DNA of 64,000 nucleotides from the human T2T-CHM13v2.0 reference genome, Homo sapiens, in NCBI RefSeq assembly GCF_009914755.1, contig NC_060947.1; one strand, given 5' to 3'. The translations under genes and the position numbers were made by a program. The notes under the pieces were generated by a model. That model searched no databases and was not told the DNA's origin. It saw only the letters and a program-made list of their open reading frames with translations. Shown here piece by piece: positions 20,655 through 40,267 of the stretch (position 1 is its first letter; the number at the start of each line of letters is the position of its first letter).

Positions 20655-21355
20655 TATTATTTTTTCTTTCCAACTTTTATTTCCGGTTCAAGGGGTACAT
20701 GTGCAGGTTTGTTGCATGGGTAAATTGCATGCTGTGGGGCTTTGGTGTACAGACGATTTTATTGCCCAGGTAATCAGCATAATACTGGATAGGTAGTTTT
20801 TCAATCTTCATTCTTCTCCTACCCTCCACCCTCAAGTAGGCCCTAGTGTCTATCATACCCTTCTTTGTGTCCATGTGAACTCAATGTTTAGTTCCCAGTT
20901 AGAAGTGAGAACATGCAGTATTTGGTATTCAGATCCTGCATTAATTTGCTTAGGATAATGGCCTCCAGCTACATCCATGTCGCAGCAAAGGATGTGATTT
21001 CCTTCTTTTTCATGGCTGCATAACATTCCATGGTGTGTATGTACCATGTTTTCTTTATCCAATCTGTCATTTATGGGCATTTTGGTTGATTCCATATCTT
21101 TGCTATTGTGAATAGTGCTGCAATGAACATACATGTGCATGTGTCTTTATGGTAGAATGATTTATATTCCTTTGTGTATATACCCAGTAGTGAGATTGTG
21201 GGGTCAAGTGGTGGTTGTGTTTTAAGTCCTTTGGGAAATGTCCAGACTGATTTCCACAGTGGCTGAACTAATTTACACTCCCACCAACAGTCTATAAATG
21301 TCCTCTTTTCTCTCAGCTTTGCCAGCATCTGTTATTTTTTAACTTTTAATAACAA
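20655..21355 (-). mobile_element. L1PA15/16-like 3' end
   Basis: GGGGTACATGTGCAGGTTTGTTGCATGGGTAAATTGCATG...GGATAATGGCCTCCAGCT...CACTCCCACCAACAG. Confidence 0.9.
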
Positions 21356-21449
21356 CTTAGATGACAACTTTAAATTTAATTTAAAATTTAATTTTAATTT
21401 AAAATTAATTTTAAAATTTAGACTCTGACAAAGTTCCATGTGTAATTTT

Positions 21450-21620
21450 TGTAAAAATACAAAATTTAGCAGGGCATGGTGGTGTGTACCTGTGGTCCCA
21501 GCTAGTTGGGAGGTTGAGGTGGAAGGATCTCAGGAAGTCACGGCTGCAGTGAGCTATGATCACACCACTGCACTCCAGCCTGGGTGACAGAGCAAGACCT
21601 TGTCCCCCACCCCCAAAAAA
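21450..21620 (+). mobile_element. AluJ right-arm fragment
   Basis: Alu linker and right-arm motifs. Confidence 0.85.
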
Positions 21621-22315
21621 GGTATATTATCCACTTTAAAATTTGATTAAATGATTAAACAACACAGGTCAATTGATTTCATTTCTGTGTTGTCAAAAAT
21701 AACAGCTGAGTTTGCTAGGTTAAAACGAAGCAAGAATTTTTGAGAGCTTGGAATTGCGTGGTGGAGAGTTCAAAAGCAGCGAGATAGCTTCTGTGTCATC
21801 ACTGCTGATGGAAATTGGCTCTTCGTGGGAAGGTGGAGATGCAGGAAGAAACTAGTGAGAGGCATTCTGTGGTCCTTGACCAAGGGCTAGAAGCATTACC
21901 CCCATAGAGAGGGGACTTCCACACAGAAGCTTGGTGATGTTGGCAGAATAATGTTACTGAAGGACATCCATACCCTAATCCCTGGAACTAGTGGCTACAT
22001 TCCCTTACATAGTCAAAGGGACTTTGCAGATGTGACAAAGTTAAGGATATTGAGATTGGGGGATGATCGTGGATAATCCACATATGTCCAATGTCATCAC
22101 AGGCATCCTTATAAGAGGGAAGTAGGAGGTCAGAGTCAGAGACGAAGACATGAGGATGGAAGCAGAGGTGGAATGATGTGCTTTGGAGATAAAGGAAGGG
22201 GCCGTGAGCCAAGGAATGTGGGTGGTTTCCAGAATATGGGAAAGCTAAGGAAATTAATTTTACCCCTAGAGCTTCCAGAAAGAACCAGTTTTGCCAACAT
22301 CTTGGTTTCAGCCTA

Positions 22316-23075
22316 TGATGTGATGTGAATTTTTGTCCCCACCTGTATCAGTTCCTTCTCACACTGCTAATAAAGACATACCCAAGACTGGGTAATTTAT
22401 AAAGGAAAGATGTTTAATTGACTCACAGGTCAGCATGGCTGGGGGCTTCAGGAAACTTACAATCATGGTGGAAGGAGAAGCAAACACATCCTTCACGTGG
22501 CGACGGCCAGGAGAAGTGCAGAGTGAAGCGGGGCAAAGTCCCTTATAAAAGCATCAGATCTCATGAGAAGTCACTCGCTATCATGAGAACAGCATGGAGG
22601 TAACTGCCCCCATGATTCAATTACCTCCCACTGGCTCCCTCCCATGACACCTGGAGATTATGGGAACTACAGTTCAAGATGAGATTTGGGTGGGGACACA
22701 GCCAAACCATATTGCCACCCAAGTCGGCTGTTGAATGGTAATCCATGGTGTTGGACGAGGGGCCTGGTGGGAGGTGGTTGAATCATAAGGGCATTTTTCC
22801 CCCTTGCTGTTCTCATGATAGTGAGCGAGTTCACACAAGATCTGGTTGTTTAAAAGTGTGTGGCACCTCCACCTTTGCTCTCTTCTTCCTTCTCCAGCCA
22901 TACAGAATGTGCCTCCTTCCTCTTCGCCTTCTGCCATGATTGTAAGTTTCCCTAGGCCTCCCCAGCCATGCCTCCTGTACAGCCTGCAGAACCGTGAATC
23001 AATTAAACCTCTCTTCTTTATAAATTAGCCAGTCTCACGTAGTTCTTTTTAGCAATGTGAGAACAGACTAATACA
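22316..23075 (+). mobile_element. MSTA MaLR LTR (nested)
   Basis: TGATGTG...ACAGACTAATACA; TSD GCCTA/GCCTG; CCTCCTGTACAGCCTGCAGAACCGTGA is MST-type. Confidence 0.85.
22344..22714 (-). mobile_element. THE1D-like MaLR LTR (nested in MSTA)
   Basis: Perfect TSD CCACC at 22339-22343 and 22715-22719. Confidence 0.85.
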
Positions 23076-23313
23076 GCCTGTAAGACCCATTCTGAACTTC
23101 TGACTTACAGAACTGTAAGATAGTCCATTGATTGTGTTAAGTCACTAAGTGTGTGAGAATTTGTAACAGCAGCAATGGGAAACTCGTATACTTGGTGTTT
23201 CCAACTCATTATGCTGATGATGCCTCCCAATTTGAGCAATCCAATCTTGAATTGGGCTACAGCTGGTTTCCCTGTCACTGCCCCATTCAACAATGTAGAT
23301 GTAGGAATTGTTG

Positions 23314-24725
<1,412 letters not shown>

Positions 24726-25012
24726 TTTTTTTGTCATTCACCATATCTTCAGTGAATATATTTGCTATTTGATTATATGTGGCAGGATATTGCTCTGTTT
24801 GACTAGCTCTCTGAGGGTGGTTAGTGTGACCCAGCACAGATGCTCAGTGAATACGTCTTCATGAGTTCAGTTACACTTGAAGGTGGGTGATGATAAAGAT
24901 GTGACTTAATACCCCATTTCTGATGTAACATTGGACATCTTTGGAAGGAACTTTGGGAGGCAGCTCATTGTAACAAGAAGATGGACTTACAATAAGATAA
25001 GATATGGTCTGA

Positions 25013-25835
25013 TTAGAGGAATGCAAATCAAAACCACAATGAGAGACCATCTCACACCAGTCAGAATGGCAATTATTAAAAAGTCAAAAACCAACAGAAG
25101 CTGGTGAGGTTGCAGAGGAAAAGGAAGGCTTTTACACTATTGGTGGGAGTGTAAATTAGTTCAACCATTGTGGGAGAGTGTGGTGATTTCTCAAAGATCT
25201 AGAGGCAAAACTATCATTTAACCCACCAATCCTATTGCTGGGTATATACTCAAAGGACTGTAAATTACTCTATTATAAAGATACATAGACGTGTATGTTC
25301 ACTGCAGCACTATTCATGATAGCAACAACACGGGATCAATCCAAATGACCATCAGTGGTAGACTGGACAGAGAAAATGTGGTCCATAGACACCATGGAAT
25401 ACTATGCAGCCATAAAAAGGAGTGAGATTATGTCCTTTGCAGGAATGTGTATGAAGCTGGAAGCTGTTATCCTCAGGAAACTAACACAGGAAGAGAAAAC
25501 CAAACACTGCATGTTCTCACTTATAATTGGGAGATGAACGATGAGAACACATGGACACATTGTGGGGAAGAGCACACTCTGGGGCCTGTTGTAAGGGGGC
25601 GCAGGGGGAGGGAGAGCATCAGGAAGAATAGCTAATGGATGCCAGGCTCAATACCTGGGTAATGAAATGTACATGAAAACCATAATGAGTTGCTATCTCA
25701 TGCCAGTCGGAATGGCGATTATTAAAAAGTGAAAAACAACAAAGCAGCATGGCCCACGTTTGCCTCTGAAACAACCTGCACAGCCTGCACTGATACCCCC
25801 GGACTTAAAATAAAAGTTGAAGGAAAAAGAAAAAG
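25013..25835 (+). mobile_element. L1PA (older) ORF2 end plus 3' UTR with an internal ~80-bp insert
   Basis: ATGCAAATCAAAACCACAATGAGA...CACCATGGAATACTATGCAGCCATAAAAAGG...CTTAAAATAAAAGTTGAAGG plus A tail. Confidence 0.9.
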
Positions 25836-25979
25836 CATATGGTCTGACTACCTGGGGCCACTTTCTAGTTGACGTGATATTATCCACAGTAATTCACTTG
25901 GCTGGGTCTCAGAATTTTTGCCTGATGAGATAACAGTGGTTACTTCAGAGAGTTTTGGGGGAAAAAGCATATAGGCTAC

Positions 25980-26732
25980 TGTGATAGGTAGAATAATGAT
26001 TCCCCAAAGATGTCCACATCTGAATCCCTGGAACCTGGGAACAGCTGATCTTGCACGGTCAGGAGGACTTTGCAGATGAGATGAGGTTAAGGATCTTGAG
26101 ATGGGAGATGCCCCTGGATGACCCAGGTTGGCCCTAAATGCCGTCACAGGCTCCTTCTAAGAGGGAGGCAGGAGGGTCCAAGTTGGAGAAGGAGACATGA
26201 AAATGGAAGCTGAGATGCGAGTGAGGGAGAGCCATGAGCTTGGAAACGCTGGAAGCTAAAGAAGGCAAGGAATCGGATCCTCCCCACAGCCTCCAGAAAG
26301 AACCAGCACTCCTGGGTTTCATAAGAGACAGAAACTTTCTCTGTCACCCAGGCTGGAGTACAGTGCTACAATCACGGCTCACTGCAGCCTTGAGCTCCTG
26401 GGCTCAAGCGATCCTTCCACCTCACCCTCCCAAGTAGCTGGGACTACAGGCAGGCACCACAACACTCAGCTAATTTTTAGTATTTTTTTGTAGACAGGGA
26501 GTCTTGCATATTGCCTAGGCTGGTCGTGAACTCCTAGCCTCAAGCAATCCTCCTGCCTCAGCCTCCCAAAGTGCTGGGATTACCAGTGTGAACCACTGTG
26601 CCCAGTCGACACCTTAATTTTATCTCCATGAGCCTCGTGTGGGGCTTCTGACCTCTAAAACTGTAATACATTTGTTTGTGTTAGGCACATACGTTTGTGG
26701 TGATTTTTTACAGCAGCATTATAAAACTAACA
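25980..26732 (+). mobile_element. MLT1C/D MaLR LTR interrupted by AluJ (-, 26320-26606)
   Basis: CCCCAAAGATGTCCACATCTGAATCCCTGGAACCTG...GCCTCCAGAAAGAACCAGC, resuming GACACCTTAATTTT. Confidence 0.85.
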
Positions 26733-27019
26733 TGGATTTCATTTGGGAATTTGGGAAAAGCTCATTTATTGCCTAATGTAGACAAGCTTCTTAATAAATG
26801 GTAGGTCCCCCCCTTCCCTCCCTTCCTTCTTTCTTTTTGAAAGACAAACCCCCCTATGTATTATAGGACTCTGAATATTAGATCCTATGGGAAAAAATGA
26901 TGATGGTTATATAAATAATAACCCACTTATTTTCTTCTCATCTTTTTGCCAAGTATAATAAATTGATCTTGACGTGCAAATGCATGAGAAGCATGATTTT
27001 CGTGCCCATTCATGATTAG

Positions 27020-27835
<816 letters not shown>

Positions 27836-28067
27836 TCTATTAATTTTTAATATATCCTGGATTGTGGGAATTAATGAATTCTAGGTAAGAAGCACAAAAA
27901 TTTAGACAGCCTTGGAAATGTCGTCATGATTCCTTGCATTGGATATATTGAGTGTGGCCAGGTCTGTGGCCTTATTTTGGGTGAATTCTGGGTTGAAGTC
28001 CAGCTGAATGGACTAAAGCCGTTTTCCCATTTAAGGGGATATCCCATAGTGATATCAGCCCCTGTGT

Positions 28068-29112
<1,045 letters not shown>

Positions 29113-29711
29113 TCATGGAGGAGGCAGCAGAACGGTTTGGAGGTTACACCCTTTCTCATTATTTCCTCTAAGCCTTTTATCCTAAAGGCATGACCTATTT
29201 TGGAAATGAATGTGGAGACAAATGCCAATTTTGGAGACAAATGCCAGCTTCTTCAGTTAGGAACTCAGCCAGTCTGGGCTTGTGCAGCTAAGAGACTAAT
29301 GGCATGGAATCTTCTTAGCTTGTAGGTTAAATGCTGCTAAGTGGAGAGAGAGTCTGATGTGGAGCTTGGAAGAAGCCTTTGCAATGTCACCTCGGGATTC
29401 CCTGGGGCCAATCATTTAAGGCACTGGTGAGTCCAGTCCATTGTCTTGACCTTCCCTTGCTAATGTTTGGGGGTTTTGTCATGTTTTCTGTTTGTCACTT
29501 AGAAACGAGGCACAATGAAAAGAGGTCAAACCAAATTTGTTCAGTTTTGTTACAGCTGTGGTAGATGCTAAGGAATAGAAGGAGTAAAAATGAGGGAAAG
29601 GAGGGGAATTTTAGATTTCTCATAGATTTTAATTCTGCACATTGTCATTGTTTTATAAGCATAAATGTACATGTGCATACACACACATACACACACACGC
29701 AACTATAACTG

Positions 29712-31298
29712 CCATGCATCCACCCACACATTTATTCATCCATCCATCCATCATTCCATCCATCCACCCACCTACTTACCCGTCCATCCATCTATCCACC
29801 CACCCATCCATACATACACCCACCCTCTCACCTACCTATCCATCCATCCATCCATCCATCCATCTACCTATCCACCCACCCATCTATTTACTCACATGCC
29901 CACCTACCCCTCCATCCATCCATCCACCCACCCATCCATCCATCCACCCCCCTACCCATCCAGCCAGTCATCTATTCACCCATCCATCCAGCCATCCATC
30001 CATCCACCCACCCTCTCACCTATCCATCTATACATCCATCTACCCATTCAACCATCTATACACATGCCCACCTATCCATCTATTTACTCACATGCCCACC
30101 TACCCCTCCATCCATCCATCCATCCACCCACCCACCTATCCATCCACCCTCTCATCCATCCATCCATCCATCCACACACCCATCCACACACCCATATACC
30201 CATCCATCCACCCATATGCCCAGCTATCCCTCCCTCCATCCATCTGCCCACCCATCCATCTACCTATCCATCCACCCACTCATCCATCCATACATCATTC
30301 CATCCATCCACCCACTCACTCATCTAGCCAGCCAGCCAGCCAGCCAACCAGCCACCCAACCAACCATCATTCCATTTAACCATTAATCCATCTAACCATC
30401 CATCCATCTATTCATCCATCCACCCACTCATCCATTCATCCATCCATCCATCCATCCATCCATCTAACCAGCCAGCCAGCCAACAAGCCACCCAACCATC
30501 ATTCCATCTATCCACCCACCCATGCACCCAGTTACCCATCCACTTACCCATCTATCCATCATTTCATTCATCCATCCACACATCCATGCCACTCATCCTC
30601 CTACCTATCCATCCATCTATTCATCATTCCATCCATCCTTTCATCTCCCCATCTATCCAGCCACCCATCCACTCACCCATCCATTCATCATTTCATCCAT
30701 CATCCACCCATCCATCTACCACCAATTTGTCCATCATTCCATCCATCCATCCATCCATTCACTAACCCATGCTACTCACCCACCCACCCATCCACTCACC
30801 CATCCATTCATCATTTCATCCATCCACCCATCCATCTACCACCAATTTGTCCATCATTCCATCCATCCATCCATCCATTCACTAACCCATGCTACTCACA
30901 CACCCACACATTCACCCACCCATCCAACTATTCATCATTCTGTCCATTCATTCACACACCCACACTACTCACCCACTCACCCCTCTACTCATCCACCCAT
31001 TCACCATTCCATCCATCCTTTCATTCATCCGTCTATCATTCATCCTTTCATTCATCCGTCTGTCATTCATTCATCTGTCTGTTATTCATTCATCCATCCA
31101 CCCATCCATCTTTCTATCCATCTTTCCATTTGTCCATCCATCTAGCCAGCCAGCCAGCCAGCAAGCCAGGTATCCAGCCAGCCAGCCAGCCATCTACCTA
31201 CCTCACTCACCCATCCATCCATCCATCCACCCACCCATTCATCTGTCCATCATCTATTTATCTATCCATCCATCAATCCATCTGTCAATCTATCTATT
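29712..31298. repeat. Complex (CCAT/CATC)n-derived array, ~1.6 kb, with (CCAG)n patches
   Basis: Read directly; internal 120-bp duplication 30661-30780 / 30781-30900. Confidence 0.95.
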
Positions 31299-31744
31299 TT
31301 GTATGTTTGAGGAGACCAAAATTGAGTTCCTTCTGCCTAAATGGGAAAGCAAGTTTTTATCCCTCCAGGCCCCTGAATAGAAATGAGAATGGTTCCATTT
31401 CTAAACCAAGGCTTTGGAAGCATTTAGCACCATCAGGGAATGGGGAGACATGGGAGGCTGATGATCAGCATGACAGGCTTCTGGTTCTCTGTCCCGATGG
31501 TCTCCTCTGTGCAAAACTGACTCTTGACTTTTCACCTCAGTTTCTAAGACCCACCGTGATCTGAGCAACATGTAACATCAAAAATCCAGTTTGGTGGCTC
31601 ATGTAGGTCAACAGGAAAGTCATCTTTAGCTACTGGTCTTCCTTCTGCTTTTCCCTCTTGCTTATGTAATTGTGCCCCACACAGGTTTGTATGTCCCTCC
31701 ACTCTTTCCTCAAAAATTCTTGCCATTTGATGTCCTAGGCTAAA

Positions 31745-32325
31745 CTTTAAAAAATTGTGGTAATATGTACATCACATAAAATTTACCAATTACATTATTT
31801 TTAACTGTACAATTTGGTAGTATTAAGTGCATTTACATTGTTGTGCAACTATCACCATGATCTATTTTCAAAACACTTTCTTCACCCCAAACAAAAATCG
31901 TGTCCCCATTAAGTAATAATTTTTCATTTTCCCTCCCCACCAACCTCTGACAACAACCATTCTGCACTCTGTCTCCAAGTATTTGACTCCTCAAAGGACT
32001 TCATGTAAGTGGAATCATATATTATTTGTCTTTTCATGACGGGCTTGTTTCACTTAGAATAACGTCCTCAAGATTTAAGTATATTGTAGCATATGTCAGA
32101 ATTCTCTCCCTTGAAGGCTGAATAATATTTCATTGCATTCATATACTACATTTTACTTATTTATTCATCTATGGACATTTGGGATCCTTCCATCTTTTGG
32201 CTATTGTGAGTAATGCTGCTATGAGCACATACAAATATCTCTTTGAGATCTTGCTTTCAATATTTTTGGGTATATACCCAGAAGTGGAATTCTATTTTCA
32301 GTTGTTTTAGGGAACTATTAATACT
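31745..32325 (-). mobile_element. L1MB 3' end
   Basis: AAATTGTGGTAATATGTACATCACATAAAATTTACCA...CATGTAAGTGGAATCATA...GGGTATATACCCAGAAGTGGAATT. Confidence 0.85.
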
Positions 32326-32496
32326 ATACTTCCCTAGGCAGGGCTTTGCCTGTGTCCATAGTTGCTCCAATGTGTCCTCACTCTTATGAACCTGTCCTGC
32401 TTCCAGGTTCCAACCTACTGGGCTTGATCAAGGACAGGACCAATTCCTATTCAGATTAATGAGGATTTTCTTATTCAAAACCATCACCAAGGACTA

Positions 32497-32870
32497 TGAT
32501 GAATAAATTGATGATGGATACATGCATGGTAGATGGATGGATGAAAGATGATGGATGGATGGATGGATGGATGGATGGATGGACGGACGAATATATTGGA
32601 TGAATGTATGGATGGATGAGGGTAGATAATAGATGAATGGGTAGATGGGTGATAGATGGTTGGATAGATGAATAGATAATGAATTGATGGATCTAGGATG
32701 GATGAATGAATAGCTAATAAATGGATGGATTGTTAGATGTATACATAAAAGGATGACAGATGGATGGATGGATGGAATGGATGATGGAATACGGATGGAT
32801 GGATGGATACACAGATGAATGTTAGGTGAATGAATGGATGGATGAATATATAGATGGAACATGGATAGCC
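32497..32870. repeat. (ATGG/GGAT)n array, opposite orientation to its neighbours
   Basis: Read directly. Confidence 0.95.
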
Positions 32871-33449
32871 TCATGGAAAAAGAACCAGAGTTCTAAAAGC
32901 TCCAGGTCTGGCCCTGACACTAATGTTTTGTCCCTGTGTAATTAATTTAAGCAAATCCCTTTGTGTCTAAATTGTGATGTCGGACAAGGCTGTATAGAAA
33001 ATTGTGTGTTTGTGTATGTGCATTGTTCATACAGGAACATTTGCGTGCCAATGTTGGCTGGGGCCCCTGGCACCCTGAGGTGGAGATGAAATTGTCTCAA
33101 GCTCCTATTTTTACTTCTCATGAAAATTCAAATCTGTTTCCCAATTTCTGTGACTTCCTTGGAGGCTGGAAGGAACGTTACCTTCTTATAGAAGCCCTGT
33201 ACTCTGGATTTCTGCTTCCACACACACACCCCAGAATCTGTAATGAAAGCCAACCTCTTCTGCAACTTTCAAGCAAACACACCACACTGATGCAGCCTTC
33301 CCAGTGTAGCATAACAAACACAGCAAAATACAGTGGTGAGGGAGAAAGCAGGGAATGAGTTTACAACGCATTATCCTGTTTCTCACCCCTCTTTGGCTCC
33401 CTGGAATTTCCTTCTTGCTGTTCCTTCACTGATTTTGAAAATCCATTCA

Positions 33450-33950
<501 letters not shown>

Positions 33951-35078
33951 AAGTCCAATCGACCTGGGGTTAGATTCTGGTCCTGAATCTCAGGTGATTT
34001 TTGTGAAATCAAGACATTTTATGTAAAGGGTTTGTCATGTTTGGCATTTAATAACTAAGCAATGATAAGCACTACTTAATATCAATAATAATACATTTTC
34101 CTACGTTTGATAGAGTGCCTGGTAATAATAAATAATGATACATTTTCTTATGTTTGCTACTTAGTAAATAATAGGTAGTAATCTAGTCATTATATAATAA
34201 ATATATGTTTTATGTATTTTTAATAGTTCCATATAAGCCAATGACGTTTGGCTGGGTGTTGCAGAATTAGGCACCATTTTTATAGGTGTCAAAATAAAGT
34301 CTTAAAAAATTATCCCTGTATTTGCAGATGAGTGTGAAGAGTCACGAACATTTTAAGTTATACAAAACGTAATCTTCTAAAAGTGGACTGAGTCCCCTGA
34401 AGATGAAGTGTGAGCTTCCTGGTACCTTGCTGTTTGAGAGAAGTTGTAACACCTAACATAGGTAGTCTACTTGGGGTTATGAACTGTCTATCGATGGTTC
34501 TATTTATAACTCTGCACTAGTCTGTTTCCCAGTTTCTCAGTTCCTTTAAAAAGCAGTCAGTTCCTTTAAGGAATAAAAAAGAAGAACTATTCTGTAAGCA
34601 TTTCTATTTTTTAAGCTGGTCTTCTTTCTCACTTCTCCACGGTTGAGTCAAACCTGGAGGTTTCCTCTCTTTTTATTTGTTTTGTGTGTCTTTTGCTACC
34701 TTTCTCAGCCTCTCCCTGTCATGGATACTACAGCCCTTCTGCCTTTGCGTTCAGCTCTCACTGGGCCTGAGCCAATGCTAAGGATATCTTCACCAGCTGG
34801 AGGAATCAGAGTTTAGGGCTGGGACATGTCAGTATCTGATGACCCAGAAATTCCTCATCCATAAGTAGCTTGACAGTCTTCTCCCTAACTTTCACTGAAC
34901 CAACCAATTTCCATGCTAGAAAGAGATGTCAGACTTGGCCCTTGGGACTCTCTCTTGGTGAAATTGATCTTGCTCTTGTATTTTGGCCCTCTGTTGCCTT
35001 CAACTATCTAAGTATAGCACTCAGCTGCTGACTTAATTGTGAATTTTGCACCAATTGCTAGCTCCTGCTGCTTTGCTT

Positions 35079-36457
35079 TGTGGAAATAAACAAAGACCAA
35101 CAACATGAGAAGAAATGAAGGTTGCATCTTCAGAGATTACCATAGCAAGGGGTTCAGCCACATCATCCATCTATGTTTCCATTCATCCATCCATTTTTCC
35201 ATCTATTCATCCATTCATGCATACATTATATATCCATCTATCAATCCACCCATCCATCCATCCATCCATCAATCCATCTGCCATCCATCCTATTCATTCA
35301 TTCATCCATTATATATTCATCCACTCACCCATTATATTTCCATCCATCCATCCATCTATTCATCCATTGGTCCACCTGTTATATACCATCTATCCATCCA
35401 TTTATACATTATCTATTTATCTATCCATCCATTGATTTATTCATCATCCATTTATACATTATCTATTCATCTGTCCATCATCCATCCATCAGTCCACCCA
35501 CCATCAATTTACCCCTCCCTCCATCCATCACCCATCCACCCACCACCCATACATCAATCTATCCATCCACCCACCCATCCACCCATCCATCCATTTATCC
35601 ATCATCCACCCATTCTTCCATCATATATTTATCAATTCATCCATCAATCATCCATCTATCAATTCATCCATCTATCTATCCATTCATCTACCCATTCATT
35701 ATTCACCCATCAATCAATCTTTCTATCACTCATCCATCTATTATATCTCATTTTTCCATCCATCTATTCATCCATCCATCATCAATCCATTTTCTATTCA
35801 TCCATCCATACATTAATTTACACACCATCTATTCATTCATCATCCATCCATTCATTCATCATTTTATGTTCATCCAATCATCCATTATCTATGCATCCAT
35901 CCATCCATCCATCTATCTATCAATCTATCCATGATTCATTTATCTATCCATTCAATATGTATTCATCCATCTACCCACTATTCATATACTAAAAAGCATT
36001 TGGCAGAGACTCACAGGCAGGCAGAGAAGCAGGACAGCTTCATAGTGGAGAAAAAGGGAGGCTTCAGGTGTGCCCTGACTGGAGGTGGCTGGCACAGGGA
36101 GCTGTAGGAGGCTCACTACAGGCAGGACATTCCATGTTATTGGTTACAAGTGCATGTGTGGCAGTCTCTTGTTGGTCCTAATTTAGAAGTAGGACAAAAA
36201 TTAGGAACGCTGTCAGTTATTAAACAAGTCGTGGTCATTTGGGGCCAATGATTACAGGGGTCATTGTTTGGCTTCCTGGACTGTTACTAGAGACAGTGGT
36301 CTGATTTACTACAAGCATGATTTGCAGCTAGTAGGCTGGCTTTTGGGACTGGTTACTATAGGCAGTGGATTGATTTCTAGGCTGGTTGCTGTAGATCTTG
36401 GGTCAGGATTCTCTATTTATACATGGCTTAGCCATTGTCTGTATTTTCAGTCTCTCA
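35079..36457 (-). mobile_element. ERVL-class solo LTR (MER74-like) split by a (CCAT)n array
   Basis: TGTGGAAATAAAC...CATAGCAAGGGGTTCAGCCA (35079-35161) and TTTGGCAGAGACTC...GCCATTGTCTGTATTTTCAGTCTCTCA (35997-36457) read as collinear halves of one LTR. Confidence 0.65.
35160..35990. repeat. Degenerate (CCAT/CTAT/TCAT)n array, ~830 bp
   Basis: Read directly. Confidence 0.95.
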
Positions 36458-36664
36458 GCTCCATGCAGCAGACTGTGTTCCGACATACCAAAATCAGACC
36501 TGGTGTGGCTTCAGAGCTGGGCAAGCCTCTTTGGCCAGTGACCTCACCCCAGAATTGCAAGTCCCCCTGAACCCAGATCTGCCCATTTCTACTTTTTGTT
36601 TCTCTTTCCTGCATGCTTACCCTTGCAATTTCTGCAAAATCTGGGTCCAATTCATATCATTTAG

Positions 36665-36849
36665 CAGGGTTTGGCAAACTTACTCTGTAAGGGCCTAAAT
36701 GCTAAGTATTCTTGGCTTTGCAGACCACGTGGTCTCTGTAGCAACAGGTCAACTCTGTCGAGGAAGTGGAAAACAGACATAGACAATACTTAAATGAACA
36801 GGAGCACCTGTGTTCCCATAAAACTTTATTTATAAAAAACAGACCACTG
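36665..36849 (+). mobile_element. MER58A (hAT-Charlie)
   Basis: CAGGGTTTGGCAAACTTACTCTGTAAGGGCC...CTGTGTTCCCATAAAACTTTATTTATAAAAA. Confidence 0.85.
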
Positions 36850-37224
36850 CCTTATGTATCTTTAGTACATAGTGTTGAATAGAGTTAGAGCCAGTTTAGA
36901 TCTCAGAGTTGATGTTGTAGCATACAATATGGCAAAGGAAAGCACTTAAATCGGCTTACAAGTAGCTATAACTCCATGTTAGCTAACGAGTTTGTTCAGT
37001 ATGTCTGTTTCCTGCTGTCATCATTTGTGTTTTATCTTGTCTCTTATAATTCAGTGGCTATTACATGAGGCCCTATGTGTCTTTCTCATGGGCTCAGAGA
37101 GAAAATAAAGACAAAAATCAACTTCTCTGTAGAGATGATGTCTCTTCTGTTACTTGAATACAACAATTGAATTGAAAAGAATTCAACAAATACAAGTTAC
37201 ATATGAGAAAATATTTTCATTAAG

Positions 37225-37288
37225 GAGTGGGTCTCAAATTTTTAGTCTCAGGACCCCTTTATATCCTTAAAAATTATGAAGAACCCCA
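37225..37288 (+). mobile_element. Charlie1-like terminal fragment
   Basis: TCTCAAATTTTTAGTCTCAGGACCCCTTTATATCCTTAAAAATTATGAAGAACCCC. Confidence 0.6.
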
Positions 37289-37289
37289 T

Positions 37290-39000
<1,711 letters not shown>

Positions 39001-39577
39001 GCCTCAACTCTATAACTGAATTTTTTTTTCAACTATGATAAATGACATGAGAGCATTAAAGACAACTTTGCAACAAATGTTTTTCTTTGACTGAACTTGC
39101 TTGAACCTGCCCCAGACTGAAAGTTGTGAGAAGATATAAAAAGCAAGCAATGTTTTCTACATTTTCCTTGTTTTAAAATGTTGGTATCACATGAACTATT
39201 AATTTCTTAGGCGTGGTCTCCCAGTTGACTGTCAATTATGAATCTCAGAGAGTTTTATCTTTGACACCATCTTGGTGGGTCATGAATTTGGTTTAATAGT
39301 GCCAGAGAGAATTAAGAGGCTTTAAAAGGGACCATAAATCATCAGTAAAAACAGTCAGCCCCTTAAAAACTCTGTAATATACTTTTAGAAAGTAGACGCT
39401 TTCCCCCAACCAAACAATGGCCGAGTATTTTGGAATGTGGTTAGGCAGGAAGGAGCTTATGCCATTCACAAAACGAAAACACTTTCTGCCAAATTCTTCA
39501 AAATGTCAGGAGTAGTATGCTGGCTTTGGGTTTGAAAAATGGGAATTTGGCTTGAAAAATATACATTTATATTGTAG

Positions 39578-40267
<690 letters not shown>

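Larger units (their letters stand above)
21938..23190 (+). mobile_element. MLT1D-like MaLR LTR hosting nested MSTA and THE1D
   Basis: GGGACTTTGCAGATGTG...GAGCCAAGGAATGTGGGTGG...TTGGTTTCAGCC, resuming GTAAGACCCATTCTGAACTTCTGAC at ~23080. Confidence 0.85.

Noticed and set aside
31400-31726. Minus-strand peptide ...SDHGGS resembling the arylsulfatase FTSDHGG motif
   Set aside because: Only about six residues match, a stop follows immediately, the preceding residues do not fit, and no other sulfatase exon is visible. tBLASTn with ARSL/ARSH/ARSF would settle it.
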